Shown: one piece after another, positions 16,036 to 24,342 of the stretch
How positions within the stretch are numbered: position 1 is the stretch's first letter
Layout of the letters: each line of letters begins with the position of its first letter
Assembly (NCBI GenBank): GCA_963665845.2
Contig: OY762492.1
Coordinates: 1,792,001 to 1,856,000, forward strand
DNA from: Candidatus Poribacteria bacterium
GTDB lineage: Bacteria > Poribacteria > WGA-4E > GCA-2687025
Length of the DNA: 64,000 nt
Direction: 5' to 3'
The notes under the pieces: generated by a model
Seen by the model: the letters and a program-made list of their open reading frames with translations, nothing else
Databases searched by the model: none
Told to the model about the DNA's origin: nothing
Program-made: the position numbers and the translations under genes

Positions 16036-17421
16036 ATGCGTCCTTTAAGTTTGATAGCGGCAGTTCTGTTGACCGTTTCATTAGCGGGTCTCGCCGGCTA
16101 CGCCCCTTCCGTTCTCGCGGATCATCACGAGAGCATGGAGGCAACCGCCGAGACCGAAGCGCCGGCAGACAGCGACGAACATTCGTTCAACGATTATCTC
16201 TGGATGATGATCGCCGGCTTTCTCGTTTTCTTCATGCAGGCGGGCTTTGCGATGGTTGAGGCGGGCTTCACCCGCGCCAAAAACGCCTGCAACATCATCA
16301 TGAAAAACCTTGTGGACTTTTCCGCCGGCTCCATCATGTACTGGGCGGTCGGCTTCGCGTTCATGTACGGCGCCTCCAAAGGCGGCTTCATCGGAACCAG
16401 CAACTTTTTCCTGGGCGACGCCGTCCAGGGCGAGAGCATCAACAGCTGGATGTACGCCGAATGGTTTTTTCAAGCGGTCTTCGCCGCCGCCGCTGCGACG
16501 ATCGTCTCCGGAGCCATGGCGGAACGCACCAACTTCCGCGGCTACCTGCTCTACACCGTCTTCATCACCGCGCTCATCTACCCGATACAGGGGCATTGGA
16601 CATGGACAAGCGACGGTTTTTTGGCGGGTCTCGGTTTCCATGACTTCGCCGGCTCAACGGTCGTTCACAGCGTCGGCGGCTGGGCGGCTCTCATGGGCGC
16701 GATCATCCTCGGCCCGAGGCGCGGCAAATTCGACGCGGAAGGAAAGCCGCGCGTCATCCCAGGGCATAGCATCGTCCTTGCGTCGCTCGGCGTTTTCATT
16801 CTGTGGCTCGGCTGGTTCGGGTTCAACCCAGGCTCCACGCTCGGCGCGGATGTCAGCTTCGCGCGCATCGCCGTGACAACGAATCTTGCCGCCGCGGGCG
16901 GCGCTCTCGCCGCGATGTTCTTTGCGTGGGTCAAGGTCGGCAAACCGGACATCGGCTTGACGCTGAACGGCGCGCTCTCCGGACTGGTGGCAATCACCGC
17001 TCCGTGCGCCGTTGTGTCGCCGCTCTCCGCGGTCATCATCGGTCTCGTCGCGGGCGTTCTGTGCGTCCTGTTCGTTCAGATTGTGGAAAGCGTCTTCAAG
17101 GTGGACGACCCGGTCGGCGCCTTCACCGTTCATGGCGTCAACGGCGTCTGGGGAACGCTGGCGGTCGGCCTCTTCGCCCAGAACCCGTATGCGGACGGCA
17201 CATGCGGCGAAGGTCTTTTCTTCGGCGGCGGAGGCGCGCAGCTGTGGGCGCAGGTCATCGGCGTCGCGGCGGTCGCGGCGTGGACGCTTATCACAAGCGG
17301 CATCCTGTTCGGCGTTCTGAAAGCGGCGGGCGTCCTGCGCGTCAGCGAAGAAGAGGAATACAACGGGCTGGACATGGGCGAACATGGCGCGTCCGCCTAC
17401 CATTTAGACGAGCGCATGTGA
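16036..17421 (+). CDS. amtB: Ammonium transporter
   Basis: FMQAGFAMVEAG, IVSGAMAER, DFAGSTVVH, WFGFNPGS, DDPVGAFTVHG; N-terminal signal peptide. Confidence 0.96.
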   Translation: MRPLSLIAAVLLTVSLAGLAGYAPSVLADHHESMEATAETEAPADSDEHSFNDYLWMMIAGFLVFFMQAGFAMVEAGFTRAKNACNIIMKNLVDFSAGSIMYWAVGFAFMYGASKGGFIGTSNFFLGDAVQGESINSWMYAEWFFQAVFAAAAATIVSGAMAERTNFRGYLLYTVFITALIYPIQGHWTWTSDGFLAGLGFHDFAGSTVVHSVGGWAALMGAIILGPRRGKFDAEGKPRVIPGHSIVLASLGVFILWLGWFGFNPGSTLGADVSFARIAVTTNLAAAGGALAAMFFAWVKVGKPDIGLTLNGALSGLVAITAPCAVVSPLSAVIIGLVAGVLCVLFVQIVESVFKVDDPVGAFTVHGVNGVWGTLAVGLFAQNPYADGTCGEGLFFGGGGAQLWAQVIGVAAVAAWTLITSGILFGVLKAAGVLRVSEEEEYNGLDMGEHGASAYHLDERM

Positions 17422-17534
17422 ACCAGCTTGGCGCCGGCGCCCATCCTCCCGCTGGCGCCAGCGCCCCTGTCGGCGTTCATTTGGGGCGCGTAACCGGCCG
17501 CCTTGATGCTTTTAATCAAGGCGGCCTTTATCTT

Positions 17535-18476
17535 TTAAGACGCCGCCGCCTCGTCCGCCCCGTCTCTGTCTGGATCGTAAAGTCTGAATGTTCCACGTTT
17601 GACACGCCAGTAGTACTTGTTCTTCACAGGATGAATTGCATGGGAAGGACTATTGGGGCATCCAGCGGCGATTTGGCCATGGAGTGTTCCGGTCTTGAAG
17701 TTCGGGTATTCATTTCGAATGAACTTTAAGAGTTCTGAAGGCGTGAACTCCTTCTCAGTATCTTCACCTGTAAGTTCACGAGCCGCTTCTAAGATGACAT
17801 CTCTTGCAAGCTTATCGCCCGACCAGCGTTCGATTGGGGATGCGGACCGCTTTTGCGTTTTCGATGGCGCAGGCGGTTCGTTGCCAACCGTCGATTCGAT
17901 GCTCACCAGCATTTCGCCCGCCTCCGTTTGAAAGGTGGAGACGCTTAGACAGCTGACATCCATGCCGTATGCGGTACGCAAAAAGCGGCAGACAGCGGCG
18001 ACACTCGGCGGGATCTCTCCCGCGGCGATGAAGAGCCGCATGGCGCTGTTCAGCGGCGGAATCTCCTCGGCGTCGGGAATGTCAAACGCTTCTCTGAAGG
18101 CGTCTTGAAAGGGACGCTCAAGATACTCTTCAGCATGCGCATGGATCTGCTCTTCTGTCAGCTCGTTCGCCCATGCCGCGTATTCCAGCAGCTGCGCGAC
18201 CGTCTCGCGCGGCGTCTTGTCCCGCTTCAGCTCCGCGACGATTAAATTGCCGTCCGCGTCAACGCCCAGAAGGTCGGGGAAGACGACATGTTCTTCTGTA
18301 CGCGCGCTGGTTTGACGCGCGATCCATAAAACGATCTCGTCCGGTATCAACGCGCCTGGGCTGTTCTCTAGCCAGCTTTCTAGATGCTGTTCCAGTTGGA
18401 GATTGGTCTCTTGCGCGACAATCAGCTCTGCTTTGGAGAGATCGCCGTCCGTTTTTTCCAGTCTAAATATCGGCAA
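17535..18476 (-). CDS. PD-(D/E)xK nuclease (NucS/DUF91-like) with C-terminal winged-helix-like domain
   Basis: LEQHLESWLENSP, PDLLGVD...VAELKR, QLLEYAAW; C-terminal EFTPSEL...FWR/YWRVKRGTFRL-like segment; start TTG 18476 behind GGAAAGG. Confidence 0.65.
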   Translation of the reverse strand: MPIFRLEKTDGDLSKAELIVAQETNLQLEQHLESWLENSPGALIPDEIVLWIARQTSARTEEHVVFPDLLGVDADGNLIVAELKRDKTPRETVAQLLEYAAWANELTEEQIHAHAEEYLERPFQDAFREAFDIPDAEEIPPLNSAMRLFIAAGEIPPSVAAVCRFLRTAYGMDVSCLSVSTFQTEAGEMLVSIESTVGNEPPAPSKTQKRSASPIERWSGDKLARDVILEAARELTGEDTEKEFTPSELLKFIRNEYPNFKTGTLHGQIAAGCPNSPSHAIHPVKNKYYWRVKRGTFRLYDPDRDGADEAAAS

Positions 18477-18612
18477 TGTTCCGCCGCCTTTCCAATGATG
18501 CCGACGCATGCAAGATATGAGTCGTTAGAGTATGGGGCGGGCGGATGAATGCGTCAAGACAGATTCCTCGGCAGAGCCTATAGACGCCGCCGAGGAACCC
18601 GCAGCCCGCCCT

Positions 18613-20334
18613 CTATTCGAGAGGATGAACCGTGTAGTAAGTTGCAGGCTCATCGTACCCTTTCAGCTGCGCATTTCCCGCCTCCCGTATTTCAAACGGA
18701 AGCGAGTCGTCCAGCGTTGAACGGCGGTAGCCTTCCAGCCGCTCCTGGCACACCGGCCCAATCGCAATCTCTCCAGGCTTCGCCAGCTCCTGCAGGCGCG
18801 CCGCGTGACTTGCAGCGTCGCCCACCGCCGACAGCGACCCCGATGAGCCGGTGAAATTTCCGATTGTCATCTCTCCCACCTCAACGCCGATCGAGAGATC
18901 CAGCGCGACGCCGCCCAGGTCCAGCTCCGCGGCCGCCGCCGCGCTTGCCAGCGCAAACTGAACCGCCATATACGCATACCGCTCCGAATTCGGCGGCAGC
19001 TCTTTCATCAAGGCGTCCAGATCCGCGGCGGATGAAACGCCCTGCAGCGCGTCCATGCTGATCTCATACAGCGGCGGACCGAACATCGTTTCGACGCAGT
19101 CGCCCGCCTCCACCTCAAAATATCCGCCCCGCTGGACGGCAAGCGCGCGCTCCATGTCGATCCATTGCCGCGCGCCTTGAACGCCCGCCGCGTTGCCGCT
19201 CATGGCGATCTCGGCAAAGTTTTTGACGCCGCACTGGGCGACCGCCGCTTCCGTCTGCCGCGGCTGATCAAACGCCCAGCTGGAAGCATAGGCGCGGCGA
19301 ATCAAATAGTCCGCCTGGTCGGCGCGAATCGACTGCGTCAAACCGCCTTTCACCGCATGGAAATGGGCGATCCGCGTTTCGATCTGCATCGCAACCGCGT
19401 CCACCAGGTCCGCGTCCGCGGGCTGCAGCGGCGGACATCCGACGATGAACATCTTGCCGATGACGCGGTTCGGCGTCCGCGTGCGGTCTTCCAGAACGAT
19501 CGTCTGGCACGGCGGCGGTTCATCCCCGATGCTGCGGATGATGCCGAGCGCCTGCATTCCGATGTCGGAATCGAGCGGCTCTCCGCCGTAGGCGATCAGG
19601 TTGCCGCCGAGACCTTCGTTCAGCGCATAATCGCGCGCGGGCGGCGGAACCGCCTCTCCGCCGGCGGCATGCGCCGTTTCGACGCGCCGATCGCGCGGCT
19701 CATGGTCGTAGGCGTCATGGCCGCTCAAGTACAGCGCAACGATTCGATCCGCTTCCAGAAACGACTGCAGATGCGCCAGCGCGTCGCCGAAGCCGTCCAG
19801 CCCGTCGCGTTCTAAAATCGTCTTCACCTCGGAGCGCACCGCTTGACGTTCCGCCGTTAAATCGTCCGACGCCGCCGGTTCCTCCAAAACCGTTTCGGTC
19901 AGACTGTCTTTCTCTTCAAACATCGCAAACCCGCCTAATTGTTGGTTGAGTAGATTCAGTACCTTGTCGACGCCAGAGATGGGGCGGACGCTGACGGCGC
20001 CAATCAGCCAGCCCGAACCTTCCGCCCCGAACGGAGCGGACGCCGCATGCATATCCTGTTGAATGTCCGCGGAGACGCCGCTTTCTGAAGAAAAACGGCG
20101 CAGGTCGGCAGCTTCCAAAACCTCCAGCAGCTCCCCCTCGGCGTTCGAAGAGACATAACGACCCGCCCCGCCCGCGTCGATCCACAATGCGGCGCCGTCG
20201 ATACAGTCCGCCGACATGTCCAGCGCCGCTTGAAGAATCTCCTGCGGATCGGCTCCGCTGCGCTCCTCAAGCAGTTCGCCAATCAGGTCTTTCAGACCGT
20301 CCAGGTCGTCCTGCGTCATTGCTGTCTGGTTCAT
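18613..20334 (-). CDS. Class III adenylate/guanylate cyclase-domain protein with degenerate active site
   Basis: AGDCVETMFG, SIGVEVGEMTIGN, VGDAASHAARLQELAKPGEI, LKGYDEP; start uncertain (20334 or 20394). Confidence 0.75.
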   Translation of the reverse strand: MNQTAMTQDDLDGLKDLIGELLEERSGADPQEILQAALDMSADCIDGAALWIDAGGAGRYVSSNAEGELLEVLEAADLRRFSSESGVSADIQQDMHAASAPFGAEGSGWLIGAVSVRPISGVDKVLNLLNQQLGGFAMFEEKDSLTETVLEEPAASDDLTAERQAVRSEVKTILERDGLDGFGDALAHLQSFLEADRIVALYLSGHDAYDHEPRDRRVETAHAAGGEAVPPPARDYALNEGLGGNLIAYGGEPLDSDIGMQALGIIRSIGDEPPPCQTIVLEDRTRTPNRVIGKMFIVGCPPLQPADADLVDAVAMQIETRIAHFHAVKGGLTQSIRADQADYLIRRAYASSWAFDQPRQTEAAVAQCGVKNFAEIAMSGNAAGVQGARQWIDMERALAVQRGGYFEVEAGDCVETMFGPPLYEISMDALQGVSSAADLDALMKELPPNSERYAYMAVQFALASAAAAAELDLGGVALDLSIGVEVGEMTIGNFTGSSGSLSAVGDAASHAARLQELAKPGEIAIGPVCQERLEGYRRSTLDDSLPFEIREAGNAQLKGYDEPATYYTVHPLE

Positions 20335-20397
20335 TGCCGCCCCGGCTTCATACGCAATATCATACACCGGGACGGCTGCGCAATCAAGAATCAATGC

Positions 20398-20478
20398 CTG
20401 ATCTTACGTCTTTAGTTGGGACATGTCGGCATGCGAATGCGATAGATTCCCCCCTTGAAAAGGGGGGCTAGGGGGGTT
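20398..20478. repeat. Family-B TIR remnant plus C/G hairpin
   Basis: CTGATCTTACGTCTTTAGTTGGGACA at 20398-20423; CCCCCCTTGAAAAGGGGGGCTAGGGGGGTT at 20449-20478. Confidence 0.75.
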
Positions 20479-20505
20479 TAAGGCGCGGGCGGGACGGCTG
20501 CGCAA

Positions 20506-21249
20506 TCAAGAGTCGATGCGCCATTCCGCCAACGTTTCAAACGATGAATCATGCGTCAGGTCGGAGCCGAGCGGCGTGACCGAAACGGCGTTGTCGGCAA
20601 TGGCGCCAAAATCGGTCAGATGCCTATTCGCCGCCTCCAGACGCTTTCCGCCGATCCAGTAATACTCGCCGCCAAACTTATCGATCCGCTTCTCCACATG
20701 CGTGTCGTACGGCGCCGGGTCAAGCCGCGTCAGACGGACGCCGGTCACTTCCCGCAGCGGCGCATTCGGGATGTTCACATTCAGCAGCGCCTCCTTTGGA
20801 AGCCCCCGCTTCAGCGCCTCGCGTATGAAGATCGACACATAATGGAGCGCCGTTTCTCGATGCCACCCCTTCCCGCGCGGCATGGAGAAGGCGATCGACG
20901 GAACGCCGAGAAACCATGCCTTTCGCGCCGCGCCGACGGTTCCAGAAAAATGAACGTCATGCCCCAGATTCTGCCCCATATTGACGCCCGCGACGCACAA
21001 CACAGGAGGGCGCGGCATCAATTCGCCGACCGCCAGATCGACGCAGTCCACAGGCGTGCCGCTGATAGCGTAAGCGTTCTCGCCGGACGGAACGGCGCGC
21101 AGCGGCTGGTCAAGCGTGATGCCCATGCCGATGTTGCTTCGTTCGCGGTCGGGCGCGGCGATGAACGTCTCTCCAAATGCTGCCGCCGCTTCCGCAAGCC
21201 ATTGGATGCCTTGCGCCGCGATGCCGTCGTCGTTTGTTACCAGTATCAT
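20506..21249 (-). CDS. surE: 5'/3'-nucleotidase SurE
   Basis: MILVTNDDGI, GTPVDCV, GVNMGQNLG...SGTVGAA, VSVTPL. Confidence 0.95.
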   Translation of the reverse strand: MILVTNDDGIAAQGIQWLAEAAAAFGETFIAAPDRERSNIGMGITLDQPLRAVPSGENAYAISGTPVDCVDLAVGELMPRPPVLCVAGVNMGQNLGHDVHFSGTVGAARKAWFLGVPSIAFSMPRGKGWHRETALHYVSIFIREALKRGLPKEALLNVNIPNAPLREVTGVRLTRLDPAPYDTHVEKRIDKFGGEYYWIGGKRLEAANRHLTDFGAIADNAVSVTPLGSDLTHDSSFETLAEWRIDS

Positions 21250-21305
21250 TCGGTCTCCCTATTCTCGCGCATGCGTTTCATGATACAGGATAAGCCCGCG
21301 CCGCG

Positions 21306-22136
21306 CTAAACATGCCGCCGCGGCGGAAGCAGACGGCGGTTGAACGCCCACCCGACCGCCCCGTAAAGCAGCCGATCCGCCAGCCCGTCGGCGCGCTTTG
21401 GGCGGTATTGAATCGGCTGGGGAGCGCGGCGCATGCGGTTTCCGCCGATGGAGTGCCGCCCGCCTTCCCAGTAGCGGAAAAACGAGTCTTCATACGGCAG
21501 ATCAAGCCGCGCATACAGCTCGCGCATGACCGCCTGCGGATTGGAAGCGAGGTCGGCGTAGGAAAGCGGGAGATAGGAAAACGCCTTGCGCCCAAGCCGC
21601 TTCGTCCGCGCGTTTCGGCGTATCCAGCTCCCGTATGCCAGGAGCCGATTTGGATTTCGCCGTTGAAACGAGGCGCTGTATTCGCGCAGATCTTTTGTCA
21701 AATGAATCACATGGACGCGCGCGGCGGAGGAGCCGAGGCATCGGCGCAGATGGTCAGGGTTTTTGCTTGAATCGATCAGTATTCGCGCGCCGGTCAAGCG
21801 TTGACACGCCTTCAGCAACGCCTCCTCATGCCGCGTCAAACGGCGGGGGTCGCACTCAAAATGCGGGTTGAAATGCGGATGCAGCGCGCGCGCCCGCTCC
21901 ATCGCTTTAGACCAGAACGCGCACCGCAGCAGCGATTCCGCTCCGCACGCGCAGGAGCGCTCTGGATGTTCAGGCGTCGGCGTCCATGGCTCCGTTTCGT
22001 CTAAAAAGAGGCGAAAGCGCGCCAACTCGCCCGCGCCGAACGCTTGAGAATGACTCGACAGCATCATCTCCAGAAGCGTTGAGCCGGAGTAGTTGCATCC
22101 GGCGATCATCACAAGATTGATCAACGATTCGCTCAT
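21306..22136 (-). CDS. Sulfotransferase family protein
   Basis: 5'-PSB-like YSGSTLLEMMLSSHS..GE, LIDSSK, SYADLASNP. Confidence 0.75.
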   Translation of the reverse strand: MSESLINLVMIAGCNYSGSTLLEMMLSSHSQAFGAGELARFRLFLDETEPWTPTPEHPERSCACGAESLLRCAFWSKAMERARALHPHFNPHFECDPRRLTRHEEALLKACQRLTGARILIDSSKNPDHLRRCLGSSAARVHVIHLTKDLREYSASFQRRNPNRLLAYGSWIRRNARTKRLGRKAFSYLPLSYADLASNPQAVMRELYARLDLPYEDSFFRYWEGGRHSIGGNRMRRAPQPIQYRPKRADGLADRLLYGAVGWAFNRRLLPPRRHV

Positions 22137-22195
22137 TCTCCGCCAACCCGCTCCATAAACATTTTATATTAAAGAGAAGCGCGCGTCTCATCGGT

Positions 22196-22383
22196 CTGAC
22201 CTTGAGTCTTTAGTTGGGACATTCTGCCCGGTGAACGCGGACGGCTTCTGGGGCGCCTCTAGATTCCCGCTTACGCGGGAATGCATGCCCTCGCGGAAGC
22301 GGGGGACGATTTGGTTGGCGGCGCTTTTCCCAATGAATAAAGCTTTGGTCGTTCAACTGTCCCAACTTTCAGCATGAGGTCAG
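22196..22383. mobile_element. 188-bp MITE-like element (family B)
   Basis: 26-bp imperfect TIRs CTGACCT...AGTTGGGACA / TGTCCCAACT...AGGTCAG; flanks ATCGGT and ATCGCT (5/6 TSD); full-length homology to 57849-58016. Confidence 0.8.
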
Positions 22384-22450
22384 ATCGCTCTCTTGACGCG
22401 CCGCTCATCCGATTATACTCTATGATAACACGCGCAAACAGGAGCTGCGC

Positions 22451-24310
22451 ATGAAACGCCGCCTACATTCACTCTGCGCATGCCTCTTCATCCTATGCGC
22501 GTTCCAAGCGTTTTCTTCAGATACGGTCTCGCGCCTCGGCCTCCCTGACGGCGCCAAGCTGCGCATCGGGAGAGGCAACGTCAAAGCGCTCGCTTATTCG
22601 CCGGACAGCTCGCGCCTCTTAGCCGCGGGCAGCCTCGGCGTCTGGATCTACGACGCGCGCTTCGGCAAGGAGATCGCTCTGCTTCAGGGGCATACGGGCA
22701 AGGTCGTTTCAGCCGCCTATTCTCCAGACGGGAAGCGCATCGTCACCGCAAGCGCGGACGCAACGGCGCGCGTCTGGGACGCGGAAACCGGCAAAACGCT
22801 CCACACGCTCAACGGACATACCAAGCGAGTCGCGTCCGCCGCCTACTCTTCCGACGGCAAACGGATCGTCACCGCCGGCTGGGACAAAACGGTACGCGTC
22901 TGGGACGCGGAGACCGGCAAGACGCTCCACACGCTCAACGGACATGAATATGGAGTCTATTCGGCGGCATTTTCGCCGGACGGCAGCCGCATCGTCAGCG
23001 GAGGCGACGATACGACGGTTCGCTTCTGGGACGCCGAGAGCGGCGCGCCGCTTGACACGTTGACCGAACATACCAAAACGGTCTTTTCAGTAGCGTATTC
23101 GCCGGACGGCAAGCGCGTTGCCAGCGGCGGACAGGACGGGACGCGGATTTGGGATGTTGATGAAGAAGGGGGTCGTCTTTCGGAACGCGCCTTGCTCAAA
23201 CCTCCGACTGGACATTTCAGGTCCGTCCAGTCGCTGGCGTATTCCGCGAACGGAAGGATTCTTGCGGCATGCGACGGGTTCGACCTGTCGCTGTGGAACG
23301 CCGCGGGCGGAGCGCCGATGCCGCCGTTTGAGGGGATCGACGGAAACGCCTATGCGTTCGCTTTAACCCCAGACGGCCATTTCGTCGCTGTCGCGGAAAG
23401 CGGTCCCATTCGCGTTTGGAACGTCAAAATCGGCGCCGCGGTCCGTTCGTTTGAGGGGCATGCGAATCAAATGGAGTTTGCCGCCTTTTCGCCGGACGGA
23501 AAACGAATCGCCGTTAAGATGCGCGACCGCCTGCAGATATACGATGTTGAGACGGGGGAAACCCTGAAATCGCATCAGGTCGGTTACATCGAATCGGCGG
23601 CGTATTCTCCCGACGCAAAGAAGATCGTCGGCGCCAACGGCAAGACGATCCACCTATGGGACGCCGAAACGGGCAACACGCTCCATACGATGAAGGGGCA
23701 TATGAAGGATGTCTTTTCCGCCTGCTTTTCCCCTGACGGATTGAGCGTTCTCTCCCACAGCTACGACAATACGATTCTCATCTGGGATGCGAATACGGGG
23801 GCGCAGCTGCTCGCGCTGATCGGCCACTCAAAGCCTGTGCGGACAGCGGCTTACTCATCCGACGGAAACCGAATCGTCAGCGCCAGCTGGGACCGGACGG
23901 TTCGCATCTGGAACGCCAAGACAGGCGCCCCAATCAAAACGCTGGAGGGTCATACATCTTCCGTTCACTCGGCGGCGTACTCGCCGGACGACGCGCGCAT
24001 CGTCAGCTCCAGCGGCGACGGCATCGTCTGGATATGGGACGCGGAAACCGGCGGCTTGCTCAAAAAACTGGAGGGTCATCAACGGTATGTGTATTCGGCG
24101 GCGTATTCGCCGGACGGCAGGCGCATCGCCAGCGGAGGCACAGAGACTGGAACCGTTCGCGTCTGGGACGCGGAGACTGGAGCCGTTCTCAAAACGTTCG
24201 AAGGGCATATGGATGAGGTGAACTGGGTCAGGTATTCATCGGACGGCAAAACGCTGGGGAGCGCCAGCGGCGACGGTACCGTCATCCTATGGGACGTCTC
24301 CGACCTGTGA
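22451..24310 (+). CDS. Secreted WD40-repeat protein
   Basis: Signal peptide, LGLPDGAKLRIGRG, about 14 GH...SPDG...WD repeats. Confidence 0.92.
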   Translation: MKRRLHSLCACLFILCAFQAFSSDTVSRLGLPDGAKLRIGRGNVKALAYSPDSSRLLAAGSLGVWIYDARFGKEIALLQGHTGKVVSAAYSPDGKRIVTASADATARVWDAETGKTLHTLNGHTKRVASAAYSSDGKRIVTAGWDKTVRVWDAETGKTLHTLNGHEYGVYSAAFSPDGSRIVSGGDDTTVRFWDAESGAPLDTLTEHTKTVFSVAYSPDGKRVASGGQDGTRIWDVDEEGGRLSERALLKPPTGHFRSVQSLAYSANGRILAACDGFDLSLWNAAGGAPMPPFEGIDGNAYAFALTPDGHFVAVAESGPIRVWNVKIGAAVRSFEGHANQMEFAAFSPDGKRIAVKMRDRLQIYDVETGETLKSHQVGYIESAAYSPDAKKIVGANGKTIHLWDAETGNTLHTMKGHMKDVFSACFSPDGLSVLSHSYDNTILIWDANTGAQLLALIGHSKPVRTAAYSSDGNRIVSASWDRTVRIWNAKTGAPIKTLEGHTSSVHSAAYSPDDARIVSSSGDGIVWIWDAETGGLLKKLEGHQRYVYSAAYSPDGRRIASGGTETGTVRVWDAETGAVLKTFEGHMDEVNWVRYSSDGKTLGSASGDGTVILWDVSDL

Positions 24311-24342
24311 TGCGCAGAATCAAAGTGAAAAGGGTATCAAGC

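Noticed and set aside
22393-22426. sigma70 promoter for the WD40 genes
   Set aside because: TTGACG is 15 bp from TATACT and 22 bp from TATGAT; neither spacing is canonical, so it was not called.
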